From positions 1 through 27,712 of the IMG/VR virus record IMGVR_UViG_3300037465_000174: 27,712 nucleotides of DNA; one strand, written 5' to 3'. The notes beneath the pieces were generated by a model. The model was not told the DNA's origin. It was given only the letters and a program-made list of their open reading frames with translations, and ran no database searches. The position numbers and the translations under genes were made by a program. The DNA is from a virus (taxonomy: Duplodnaviria; Caudoviricetes). Of the stretch, positions 8,653 through 17,113 are shown piece by piece; position 1 is the stretch's first letter, and every line of letters begins with the position of its first letter.

Positions 8653-8937
8653 TCAAAGCGCGAAGACGCCGAGGGCGAGCAAGGCGAGGCCGCCAGCCAT
8701 GATCTCTCGCCGCCAGGTGCGGAGGGCTGGGATGAGCATGAGCGCAATGAGGCAGAGAACGGCCCACGCGAAGGTGGGCAGAGAGACATCGCGCAGACAG
8801 GCGGCGTGCAGGATCGCGCGCAGCGCCCAGGCGAAAGGGAGCGTGGCAGCGACGGCGGGGATGGCCTGACGGGAGAGGAGCATGGAGAGCGGCGGCAGGA
8901 GGAAGGCGAGCGCGATGTGGAAGGCGGGCGATTTCAT
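8653..8937 (-). CDS. Small multi-TM membrane protein downstream of the repressor
   Basis: About four hydrophobic segments, co-oriented with the repressor. Start taken at MKSPAF. Confidence 0.55.
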   Translation of the reverse strand: MKSPAFHIALAFLLPPLSMLLSRQAIPAVAATLPFAWALRAILHAACLRDVSLPTFAWAVLCLIALMLIPALRTWRREIMAGGLALLALGVFAL

Positions 8938-9000
8938 CTTTCGGATTTCTGATTTAGGCAACGGCGCGGCGGGGTGACGTGCTGGAATTGAATCTCACAG

Positions 9001-9486
9001 TCAGTGTGACTTTACGCCGTCGAGACGGCGGCGCAGCTCCACGGCGGCGCTGGTGGTTTCGCCGGCGAACCTTTGGCGAAGGGCTGGCGTGGCGCTGGCG
9101 GCAATCACGCCGGGCAGCGTGGTGATCATGTCCCAAAGCACAGGCGTGGGCAGTTCATCCACCCCGGCGACTTGCTGCGGGGTGCCGCTGAAGGGCGCGC
9201 CATACACGGCGGCGGATTCGCGCAGCGCGAAGTCCGGCGAATAATCGCGCGCTACGTCAAGACTGGACATGCGCGGCATCTCTCCGCTGAGGAGCCAGCC
9301 CGGATTCACGCCGAAGAAACGTGCGATCTTGACGGTGATGTCATTCGCGGGATTGGACTTCGTGCCATCGGCCAGCTCGGCGATGTAAGAGCGCGACAGG
9401 CCGCACGCGGACGCGAGGGCGGAAGCCGCGCCGCGACCCCTCTCATCCAGGAGCAGTCTGAGTCGCGAAGAAAAATTTTCTCTCAT
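9001..9486 (-). CDS. Phage repressor, XRE-family HTH
   Basis: ASALASACGLSRSYIAELADG...NP...KIARFFGVNPGWLLSGE; divergent from the Ner/Cro-like gene; no S24 peptidase domain seen. Confidence 0.85.
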   Translation of the reverse strand: MRENFSSRLRLLLDERGRGAASALASACGLSRSYIAELADGTKSNPANDITVKIARFFGVNPGWLLSGEMPRMSSLDVARDYSPDFALRESAAVYGAPFSGTPQQVAGVDELPTPVLWDMITTLPGVIAASATPALRQRFAGETTSAAVELRRRLDGVKSH

Positions 9487-9501
9487 AGCGAACTTTTTCT
9501 A

Positions 9502-9543
9502 TTGACTAATTTTCGCCATCCGCCAACAATGGCGGAGGGCGAA
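9502..9543 (+). promoter_or_regulatory. Early promoter/operator in the switch region
   Basis: TTGACT-N17-AACAAT overlapped by the inverted repeat TTCGCC-A-TCCGCCA-acaa-TGGCGGA-G-GGCGAA (9512-9543). Confidence 0.6.
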
Positions 9544-9566
9544 CATTTGTAACCGTGACATCCTAC

Positions 9567-9764
9567 ATGAGCAGGGAAATAAAATCAATACCTATCTACC
9601 ACGGGCGGCGGTGGCCGGTTGGAATCGGCAACGCCGCGAAGCGCCTGGGTGTGTCCCGCTCGCACCTGCAAATGGTGCTGGTTGGGGAACGAACCAGCGA
9701 ACGTGTGAGTGAAGGTTATGCAAAGTTAGTAAAGGAACTGAACCGGAAGGGGATCGCAGCATGA
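9567..9764 (+). CDS. Ner/Cro-like HTH protein
   Basis: IGNAAKRLGVSRSHLQMVLVGERTS; first gene divergent from the repressor. Confidence 0.75.
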   Translation: MSREIKSIPIYHGRRWPVGIGNAAKRLGVSRSHLQMVLVGERTSERVSEGYAKLVKELNRKGIAA

Positions 9765-10759
9765 ACGCGAAGAAACCCACGACCCCGAAGCCCGCCAAAA
9801 AGCCCGCCGCGAAAATCGTGAGGGTCAAGGTCAAGGATTTGCACTTCGCCTTTGACCCTCTGCTGGCACCACTCAAAAGCGATCTGTGCGACCACTGGCG
9901 GCGAATTGCTAACGACCATAAGAAGAACCCAAAAGTGCGCGCCGAGGCGAAGGCGCGCCAGGAGGAGGCGGAGAGCAACTGGCTCCCTCTCTTAGAGGAT
10001 TATCGCAAGCGCGGCATACGTGATCCACTCGTCGTGAGCAGGCGCAAAGAGGGAGGCTGGTGGGTAAAGGAAGGCCGCAACCGCACGAACGCGGCGCGGA
10101 TTCTGGAGCTAGCGGACGTGCCCGCGTTGATCACGGATGAAGACACTCCTACTGTGATCCTGGGCAGCCTGAAGCGCGGCCACTACTCGAAGGAGCAACT
10201 CGCGTTCCTGGCTTTGAACCTTCACCCCTACCTGCTGGATCGCGGCGCGGGACGCGTGGGGAAATCTCACAGTGAGTGTGAGGATGGGCGAAAGTTCGCC
10301 ACGCTGGAAATACTTGCCGCCGAGATCGGAGTACACCCGAACACGATGACGAAGGCGAGACAGGTGCAGAACCTGGTGCGAAGCTCTGAGAGCGTGAGGG
10401 CGCGGGTGGTGCCGTTGCTCTTTGCCGGAGCAGGCTTTCAGGGGATCCTTGCCGGCGAGGCGACAGTTGACAAGCCTGCGAATGGCAAACCCCAACACGG
10501 CGCGGCGGCGCGGGCCTGCGCGTCGCTGGCGGCGCTCGCGAAGAGGTTGCGCGGCGACTGGAGGGAGGTGCAAGGCGACGCGGCGATGCTGCCCAGTGTG
10601 TTGGCTTACGCTCGGGCGGCGGCGTGTGCCCTACCTTTTGAGATCAGAGAGGAAATCCTGCACGCGTTAACCCACCCCGAAAAGACGCGCGCCGAGTTTG
10701 AGCGCGACCCGACGACGTCGGTGATCTGGCAGAAGCTCAACCCGGAGGGCGAGTCATGA
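9761..10759 (+). CDS. ParB/Srx N-terminal domain plus HTH protein
   Basis: GIRDPLVV...WVKEGRNRTNAARILEL..VPA, a variant of the ParB GxxR motif; HTH LEILAAEIGVHPNTM. Confidence 0.7.
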   Translation: MNAKKPTTPKPAKKPAAKIVRVKVKDLHFAFDPLLAPLKSDLCDHWRRIANDHKKNPKVRAEAKARQEEAESNWLPLLEDYRKRGIRDPLVVSRRKEGGWWVKEGRNRTNAARILELADVPALITDEDTPTVILGSLKRGHYSKEQLAFLALNLHPYLLDRGAGRVGKSHSECEDGRKFATLEILAAEIGVHPNTMTKARQVQNLVRSSESVRARVVPLLFAGAGFQGILAGEATVDKPANGKPQHGAAARACASLAALAKRLRGDWREVQGDAAMLPSVLAYARAAACALPFEIREEILHALTHPEKTRAEFERDPTTSVIWQKLNPEGES

Positions 10760-10989
10760 GCAGGCCGCACAATGAACGTGATGGACGCGCGAAGCGGCTG
10801 GCGCAGGTGGATCGATGGCTGCGACGCTCTCTGCACCTGACGCAGGAAGGCTTCAAGCACGCGGAGGCGGAGGAGATCGCCGCGCGTGAGTGCGGTTCGA
10901 GCGCCGGGCTGCTGCGCACGTGGGCGCTGCGCCTCGCGGGCGCGGCCTGCAAAATCGCTGACTCTGAAAATTTGAAAACTGAAAACTGA
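10756..10989 (+). CDS. Small hypothetical protein, possibly HTH
   Basis: ATGA-coupled; EIAARECGSSAGLLRTW. Confidence 0.55.
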   Translation: MSRPHNERDGRAKRLAQVDRWLRRSLHLTQEGFKHAEAEEIAARECGSSAGLLRTWALRLAGAACKIADSENLKTEN

Positions 10990-10990
10990 G

Positions 10991-12847
10991 ATGCCGAAGC
11001 CGACTCACAACGCCACCAAGGCCGCGCTCCTGAACCGGGCGCGCGAAATCCTTCAATCCGGTAAATCCCTGGGCGAGGCGGCGCTGGCGATTGGCGTCGG
11101 TAAAGGAACACTATGGAAGTGGATTGACGCGGAGAGCCGCGCGGCATCGGCGGACATTGAGGCGCGGGCGAAGATCGGCAGGCCGCGCAAGTTTGCACTG
11201 ACGGACAATGAAGCCAAAGAGCTACGCGCCGCCGCGCTGAAGTTTGCAAGTTTCAGCTTTGCGATTGAGAGTTTCACGCACAACAAGGCGTGCGGCGCGG
11301 CCACTCGTGAGCTAATTCATGAGGAGATGGATCGCGCGGCGCGGGAACAGCGCCGCCCCCGGTGGCCGGAGACACTGCGCGCGGCGATCCTGCCGCGCGA
11401 GGAAGAAGAGGCACTGCTTCGAGGCAGCAAGCACTTTGAGAGTGTTTCACATTCTCCTCGTAAAGGCATGTTCTACACAGATCAGGATGGCCGCGAGATT
11501 CCCATCCGCGCGCTGGACGTATGGAGCATGGATGACTACAGCGCCAACCAACCCTACCTCCTCACAGGTGAGGAGGAGCGGGGAACACTGTGCCGCCAGG
11601 TGCTCGCCTGCATGGACCTGTATTCTGCCGCGTGGTTGAGCGTGGAGATGATCGGGCGCGAGCGCGATGCGTACCGCGCCGAGGACATCGTGCGCTTCAT
11701 CCTGCGCACGATTGACGCGCAGGGCACGATGCCTGTGGCGCTGATGTTAGAACGCGGGCGCTGGGACAGCGCGGCGGTGCATGGAGTGCGGCTGGACGAT
11801 CTCGGCGGCGCGTTCACAGGCCGCACGTGGGGCGCGCTGGACGATCTGTTCCACATCGAGCACGGCTACAGCTCGCGCCACAAAGCGAGCCTGGAGAGCA
11901 GTTTCGCCCTCCTGCAAACCGCGCTCGCCCACAGTGGCCGCGACATGGGCCGGGTGCGTGGCGAGTTTGAGGCCACGACGAAGCTGATGACCGCGCACCT
12001 GGATCGTGTGCGACGCGCGGGCGAGCGCGGGGATGATGGGGCCATCGCCGAAAGCGCAGTGCGAATGCTGCGCGCCGGATTTTTAACGCAGGACGAGGCG
12101 AGAGCGGCGCACTGGAGCGCGATGCAAGTGCTCAATGCGCGCAGCCGCGAGCGGAGCGCGGCGGAGTTTGAGGGCAAGGCGCATGTCCCGAACGACCTGC
12201 TGGCGAGAGATCGCGGCGCAGCGCGCCCGCTACCAGCGGGGGAGCGCTGGCGCTTCCTGCCCGTGAAGCGGATCGCCACAGTGCGCGGTGGCTTCATCGA
12301 GTCACAGGTGAAGCATTACGGCGCACCCTTCCGCTTTGAGGTCAACGGCGTGAGCGAGCTTTATTTGAGCAACGGCCATCGCGTCTTGATAGCCTTTGAC
12401 CCGGCACTGCCGGAGCTGGGCTGTCACGTGGCGAATGCAGAGCCGGTGTGCCGTGAAGGCTGGCGGGTGGGCGAGTTTGTGATGACAGCCCCGGTATCGC
12501 ATGACGTGCCACAGTTTCGCCTGCTCAAGAGGGGCGATCACGAGCGCACGGGCAGAAGCCGCGCAAATGCGGCGGCGCGCACAGCCTTCGCGTCGGTCAA
12601 CCCGCACAAGCACGGGATGACGCATACACAGGCGCACAGCGGCGCGGGGCGCGTGGTGATTGTGCGCAGCGGCGGGGCCGAGGGCGGAGAAACCCTAAAT
12701 CCGAAACCCACAGCGCGGGGAGTGGTGCGCGCGGGGCTGGGAGGCGGGGACGGTGTGCATGAGGCACAAGGCAGCAGGCACAAAGGGGTGGATGTGGAGG
12801 AGATCGCGGCGGCGCGCCGCCGGTCACTGGAGGCGATGGGGCTTTAG
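10991..12847 (+). CDS. MuA-like transposase
   Basis: N-terminal HTH plus GRPRKF; integrase core WSMDD, MDLYSAAWL, LMLERG and KASLESSF; Mu-type C-terminal beta domain; followed by MuB. Confidence 0.88.
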   Translation: MPKPTHNATKAALLNRAREILQSGKSLGEAALAIGVGKGTLWKWIDAESRAASADIEARAKIGRPRKFALTDNEAKELRAAALKFASFSFAIESFTHNKACGAATRELIHEEMDRAAREQRRPRWPETLRAAILPREEEEALLRGSKHFESVSHSPRKGMFYTDQDGREIPIRALDVWSMDDYSANQPYLLTGEEERGTLCRQVLACMDLYSAAWLSVEMIGRERDAYRAEDIVRFILRTIDAQGTMPVALMLERGRWDSAAVHGVRLDDLGGAFTGRTWGALDDLFHIEHGYSSRHKASLESSFALLQTALAHSGRDMGRVRGEFEATTKLMTAHLDRVRRAGERGDDGAIAESAVRMLRAGFLTQDEARAAHWSAMQVLNARSRERSAAEFEGKAHVPNDLLARDRGAARPLPAGERWRFLPVKRIATVRGGFIESQVKHYGAPFRFEVNGVSELYLSNGHRVLIAFDPALPELGCHVANAEPVCREGWRVGEFVMTAPVSHDVPQFRLLKRGDHERTGRSRANAAARTAFASVNPHKHGMTHTQAHSGAGRVVIVRSGGAEGGETLNPKPTARGVVRAGLGGGDGVHEAQGSRHKGVDVEEIAAARRRSLEAMGL

Positions 12848-12855
12848 AGTTTCAG

Positions 12856-12882
12856 GACGGGCTGAAGCCCGAACTACAAACC
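12856..12882 (+). repeat. REP-like hairpin family B copy
   Basis: GACGGGCTGAAGCCCGAACTACAAACC; the reverse complement contains GTAG next to the palindrome. Confidence 0.7.
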
Positions 12883-12907
12883 CAAAACAACACGAACAAA
12901 CCCTGAC

Positions 12908-13222
12908 ATGAGCGCGACACTGACACGACCAACATCGCAGGCTGTAAAGCCTGCTTCACGCAACACGATTACGCCGCGCGGCGGCGGCACGATGATTATC
13001 TCGCGCGGGCTGCGCGAGCTGCACGCGGCGGCATCGCGGATGCTTGTCGGGCGATCTCTCTCCGAGTACTTTACGGCGCGGGGAGCTGAGAGTGTGAAGC
13101 ATGGAGCGGAGAGCATGGAGCGGAGGCTGGCGCTGGCATGGCGCGAGAACAACGGGCGGCTGCTGAGGATCGCGGGCGACGCGAACTTTGAGAGGCTGAC
13201 CGGCTGGGCGTGGGCGAACTGA
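12908..13222 (+). CDS. Hypothetical early protein (starts MSATL)
   Basis: AC-rich leader; lies between MuA and MuB. Confidence 0.6.
   Translation: MSATLTRPTSQAVKPASRNTITPRGGGTMIISRGLRELHAAASRMLVGRSLSEYFTARGAESVKHGAESMERRLALAWRENNGRLLRIAGDANFERLTGWAWAN
12936..12959 (+). repeat. REP-like hairpin family A copy (intragenic)
   Basis: CGCAGGCT-GTAA-AGCCTGCT-TCAC. Confidence 0.55.
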
Positions 13223-13252
13223 GATCAAACCTGAAACCGAAACTTAACTCAA

Positions 13253-13498
13253 ATGAAAATCTGGAACATTCTGTCCCTCTGGCTGCTGCGCGTGATCGTG
13301 GCGGTGGTATTCATCCTGGAGCTGGCGCTGGGGATTGCGAGCGCGCTGGGCGTGTTCAATGCGGAGCCGGGCACGCGATGGGTGTTCGTGGCGATGCTGA
13401 TGGGCGCGGCGGGCGCGATTGATCTCACAATAAGCACGATGACGCGGCTGCAAATAGCCGCGGCAGTGATGGAGCAGAGGGGAGACTTCGACAGCTAA
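13253..13498 (+). CDS. Small two-TM membrane protein
   Basis: Two hydrophobic stretches; A-rich leader. Confidence 0.6.
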   Translation: MKIWNILSLWLLRVIVAVVFILELALGIASALGVFNAEPGTRWVFVAMLMGAAGAIDLTISTMTRLQIAAAVMEQRGDFDS

Positions 13499-13501
13499 CC
13501 A

Positions 13502-13536
13502 AGAACCGCGCTCACAGGCTGGAAAGCCTGTGACGC
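13502..13536 (+). repeat. REP-like hairpin family A copy
   Basis: AGAACCGCGCT-CACAGGCT-GGAA-AGCCTGTG-ACGC. Confidence 0.8.
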
Positions 13537-13558
13537 TTAAAAACAACGAACCAAAAAC

Positions 13559-14593
13559 ATGAGTACACAACTGACACTGGAACCGCAGGCGCTCTCCGCG
13601 CGGGCGGATGAAACGGAAAGCCTCTTCACCCTGGCGGCGCGATTGCGCGAGATGCAACTCGCGCGCGGGCTGAGCGATGAGAAATTTGTGAAACAGTACC
13701 CTGCCCTCGGGAGCACGAAGACGTTTAAGAAACTGATCAATCGCGATGCCACGCAGCTCGATGTGGCGGTGTGGCTGGCGAAGTATGAAGGCGCGATGAG
13801 TCTTGCTGAGAAGCAAGCGGAGCGTGAGGCCGTGGAGCCTCTGTTTGAAGACCTGGCTCCGACGCATGAGCTGCTGACGACGGCGGGCCGGCTGCTGCAA
13901 CGTCGCGGTATCAACCGCCTGGTCATCGTGGAGGGTGACAGCGGCAGCGGCAAGACGCAAGCGCTGCGCGCGCTGGCACATCGCCTGCCCGGCATGGTAC
14001 ACGTGGCCGAGGGGAACGAGGCATGGAAAAACGTCAACTCCATGCTGGCCGACCTGCTGAAGAGGGTGGAAGGGATCACCAGTGACGAGAACCTGCCCAC
14101 GGGCATCCAGGCGCGGCTATCGCGACTGATTGACAGCCTGAGCACACGGCGCGTGCTACTGGCGATTGACGAAAGTCATCACATGACGAGCGCGGGGCTG
14201 AATGTGCTGAAGACGTTAATAAACCAGACGCAGAGTGCGTTCGTTATCGCAGGGCAAAGCACCCTGTGGAGGAAACTGCAAGCCACGGCGTGGCAGGAGG
14301 CAAAGCAACTGCGACACAACCGCTGCTTTGCCTATATCGTCTTCGGCGCGCCCGCGCTGCCGGACGTGCAGCTCTTTATCTCACGACGCACCCTGACACA
14401 CGGCGGACTCGAAGGCATGAAAGCGGAGATGTGGGAGCACTTGGGTGAGCTGGCGGCGCGACACGGGAACTTCGCGTTTCTAAGGGACACCGTGGAAGCG
14501 GCACGGCTGATGGTGCCCAAAGGCGACGCGATCAGCGGGGACGATCTGCTGCGCGCGGCGGAGGAGATCAAGCGGCGGGCGGGGGGGAAATAA
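13559..14593 (+). CDS. MuB-like AAA+ transposition ATPase
   Basis: Walker A GDSGSGKT, Walker B LAIDESH, VIAG motif; downstream of the transposase. Confidence 0.9.
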   Translation: MSTQLTLEPQALSARADETESLFTLAARLREMQLARGLSDEKFVKQYPALGSTKTFKKLINRDATQLDVAVWLAKYEGAMSLAEKQAEREAVEPLFEDLAPTHELLTTAGRLLQRRGINRLVIVEGDSGSGKTQALRALAHRLPGMVHVAEGNEAWKNVNSMLADLLKRVEGITSDENLPTGIQARLSRLIDSLSTRRVLLAIDESHHMTSAGLNVLKTLINQTQSAFVIAGQSTLWRKLQATAWQEAKQLRHNRCFAYIVFGAPALPDVQLFISRRTLTHGGLEGMKAEMWEHLGELAARHGNFAFLRDTVEAARLMVPKGDAISGDDLLRAAEEIKRRAGGK

Positions 14594-14630
14594 ATCCGAA
14601 ATCCGAAATCCGAAATCCGAAAACTGAAAA
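14592..14630 (+). repeat. Heptamer tandem repeat (AAATCCG)x4 plus variant
   Basis: Read directly; related tracts near 8940 (minus strand), 10964, 16151, 17089, 21590, 24649, 26540 and 27289. Confidence 0.9.
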
Positions 14631-14636
14631 GGAACC

Positions 14637-14963
14637 ATGACTAGCGATGAGATAAAACAGGCGTACGGGGAACTGCGCGACATTGAGAGGCGACTGAAGA
14701 GCGGGGAACGGGAGCGGCGCGCTTGTGTGCGCGCGACGCTGTGCGAGATCAAGCGTGTGCAGACCCGCGCGCGGCGGGAGGCGGCGCGGCTGGATCGCAA
14801 GTTGCGAGCGATGCACAAGAGCACAGACAGGGCCACGGCTGACCTGACGCGGCGGGCGGACATCTTGAGGGCGCGACTGAGCGCGCAACCCATGCGCGGC
14901 GGGGCGGGACGCCGCCCACAGGCCGGAAAGCCTGTGCCACACACAACACGAACACCATCATGA
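14637..14963 (+). CDS. Hypothetical basic coiled-coil protein
   Basis: ATG after a heptamer tract; ATGA overlap with the next gene. Confidence 0.6.
   Translation: MTSDEIKQAYGELRDIERRLKSGERERRACVRATLCEIKRVQTRARREAARLDRKLRAMHKSTDRATADLTRRADILRARLSAQPMRGGAGRRPQAGKPVPHTTRTPS
14906..14940 (+). repeat. REP-like hairpin family A copy
   Basis: GGGACGCCGCC-CACAGGCC-GGAA-AGCCTGTG-CCAC. Confidence 0.8.
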
Positions 14964-15493
14964 GCAAGAAGATCGTACTAATGCCTCGCGAGAGCGAGGT
15001 GGCCGCCCTGACGAGCAGGGCGGCTTTAATAGAGCAGGAGATCGCCGCGCTCGAACGCGAGCTGCGCGAGATCGAGGCGCGGCTGGAGGCGTATGCCCTG
15101 GCGCACGCGGAGCAGCATGAGCCGCTGGAGGATGCGGAGCGGCAGGGCACGCGGCTGAAGGTGCCGGGGGCCGTCATCCGCTTCGAGAGCGACCAGCTCA
15201 TCACCTCATTTGAGGAAGGCAGCGCTAAACATGAGGAGCTTTACGGCCTGGCGGACTCGCGCCTCTCCCGTTTGTTTGATGCGCCGTGCATGTGGACACG
15301 CGTCGTGAGTGACGGGAAAAAGTTCCGCGCGCTGGTGCGCGAGGAACTGGCACCGAGCACGGCGGCGGCATTCCTGGCCGCGTGCCGGGCCGTGGACAAG
15401 GCAGGCATCCCTAAGAGCCGCACTGTGTTTGAATACAGCAAAGGAAGCGCGCAGGCCGGGAAGCCCGCGACACAGACAGGAGGGGAGTCATGA
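14960..15493 (+). CDS. Hypothetical protein, Gam-like by position and coiled coil
   Basis: Coiled coil EIAALERELREIEARLEAYA followed by a beta region; 177 aa, at the position of Mu gam. Confidence 0.45.
   Translation: MSKKIVLMPRESEVAALTSRAALIEQEIAALERELREIEARLEAYALAHAEQHEPLEDAERQGTRLKVPGAVIRFESDQLITSFEEGSAKHEELYGLADSRLSRLFDAPCMWTRVVSDGKKFRALVREELAPSTAAAFLAACRAVDKAGIPKSRTVFEYSKGSAQAGKPATQTGGES
15450..15473 (+). repeat. REP-like hairpin family A copy (degenerate)
   Basis: CGCAGGCC-GGGA-AGCCCGCG-ACAC. Confidence 0.6.
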
Positions 15494-15651
15494 TCGTTGT
15501 CATTTCAACACTGGACACCGGAGCCATTGGCCTGGTCGTGACGCTGGGATCAGCGGGCGCGATGCTGGCGGTGCGCTTCGCCATTGATCTGCGCTGGAGG
15601 GCGTGGCGGATGCCCGCAAAGAAAAAAGGAGGGTCGGGCCGTGGCTGCTGA
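15490..15651 (+). CDS. 53-aa single-TM protein (not in the ORF track)
   Basis: ATGA-coupled; MIVVISTLDTGAIGLVVTLGSAGAMLAVRFAIDLRWRAWRMPAKKKGGSGRGC*. Confidence 0.5.
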   Translation: MIVVISTLDTGAIGLVVTLGSAGAMLAVRFAIDLRWRAWRMPAKKKGGSGRGC

Positions 15652-16144
15652 CACGCCGCTCTCAATGGCGCAAAAGAGGAGCCTGGCCATGCTGGCGCGG
15701 GAGGTCTTTGACAAGCACCTGAAGTACGGGCTGATCGAGGTGCCGCCTGGGCAGAGTGTCAACTCTGCCTTCAATAACTGGCGACACGAGGAGCAGGCGC
15801 GGGTACTGAAGGGGGCGCGCGACTCTTTGACCGAGGCGAGACAGAAGGACTATCGCCCGCTCATGCGGCACTTCCTGACCCTGCAAGGCGGTGAGTCGGC
15901 GGGGCGGGCGTTCGCGCTCGCACAAAAAGACACGCCACGGGATGAGCATGCGAGGCAACTGATCTTCCAACTGCGGAAGCTGGCGGGCGCGGCAGGCTTT
16001 AACGATGCCTACCTGGCCGGGATCAGCGGCGACAAGTTTGGAAGCAGGGACTTTGAGCAACTGGAGCCGAGGCAACTTGTGCAACTGATCGCCACGGTGC
16101 GCAGGCGCTACAAGGCGCGACTGGCGGCGGTGGCCCTCGGCTGA
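15641..16144 (+). CDS. GemA/gp16-like protein
   Basis: GGAGG plus GTG start; C-terminus YLAGISGDKFGSRDFEQLEPRQLVQLIATV resembles the DUF1018 end. Confidence 0.65.
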   Translation: MAADTPLSMAQKRSLAMLAREVFDKHLKYGLIEVPPGQSVNSAFNNWRHEEQARVLKGARDSLTEARQKDYRPLMRHFLTLQGGESAGRAFALAQKDTPRDEHARQLIFQLRKLAGAAGFNDAYLAGISGDKFGSRDFEQLEPRQLVQLIATVRRRYKARLAAVALG

Positions 16145-16182
16145 TAATTTGGAACCTTGAACCTGAACCCTTGAACCCTGAC

Positions 16183-16713
16183 ATGAGCGCGACCCTCGAA
16201 TTTCCACCCACTCCCCCTGCGGGGACTTGCAATAACTCCGGACCACACTCAATCCGCGTGGTGCCACGCGACCGCGTGGTGCAGATGCGGCAGTCCGACT
16301 TCACGGAGCTGGCACCGGGCGTCTTTCAGACACCGTGCCCGCCCCATCTCGCGCCCAAGATTGGCGTCGTACGCTGGGTGCCCGCCATGGGTGGACTGTG
16401 GCAACCGGTAATCCAGGCGATGAGCAGCGTGGTGTATATGCACGACTGGAGGCCGGAGCTGTACGGCTGCTCCTGGCGGACGGCAAAGCGGCTGGGGGAG
16501 GCGGGCTTTGTGGAAATGTTGCAACCCGGCCCGAAGATTCGGGCCATCGTACTGGAATCATACTTGGAACACCTCGCCGCCGTCAGGGCTGATCCGTATT
16601 TCTGGACACAGGAGAGGCTGCAAACCTACCAGGACGCGAGCCGCCGCATGGAGGCGGAGGAAAGCACCGGAGAAGACGCGCCAGAAGCCATACAACCCTC
16701 GCTTACGCTATGA
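16183..16713 (+). CDS. Putative DNA-binding regulator (Xis/MerR-like wHTH; starts MSATL)
   Basis: ELYGCSWRTAKRLGEAGFV...PKIRAIVLESY; sits after GemA, where Mu has mor. Confidence 0.5.
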   Translation: MSATLEFPPTPPAGTCNNSGPHSIRVVPRDRVVQMRQSDFTELAPGVFQTPCPPHLAPKIGVVRWVPAMGGLWQPVIQAMSSVVYMHDWRPELYGCSWRTAKRLGEAGFVEMLQPGPKIRAIVLESYLEHLAAVRADPYFWTQERLQTYQDASRRMEAEESTGEDAPEAIQPSLTL

Positions 16714-16893
16714 TGACCCTCCCTTGCCGAGAAAAACGCGTTAAAACGATTCGCCGGGCATCGCCGGGGCCATTGCTCGCGGAGAGCGGACGCGGAAACG
16801 GGCCGGATAGCGGACGAGCGAACATTTGGGCGGGGAGACCGGGAGGGCTGATGCGATGATTCGGGAACCAAATGGACAGCCGTGAAAGAGATC

Positions 16894-17106
16894 ATGACCA
16901 CTTATCAGTTTGAGTGCGACGCCTGCCGCCGGGTGGTGGTGGAGACCGTGGAGCGTGGGAGACTGCCTGCGGGCTGGGGCTTCCGGGACGTGATCGTGGA
17001 GCGGGAGCACGGGCGGCGGATGGTGGAGAGCGAGCTGGTGTGCGCGGCGTGCGGGGGGAATGAACAGGGGGGGGTTGAAAGTCTCGAACGAAAATCCGAA
17101 ACATGA
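16894..17106 (+). CDS. Small Zn-ribbon protein
   Basis: CDAC...LPAGW...CAAC. Confidence 0.6.
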   Translation: MTTYQFECDACRRVVVETVERGRLPAGWGFRDVIVEREHGRRMVESELVCAACGGNEQGGVESLERKSET

Positions 17107-17113
17107 ACGTCTG

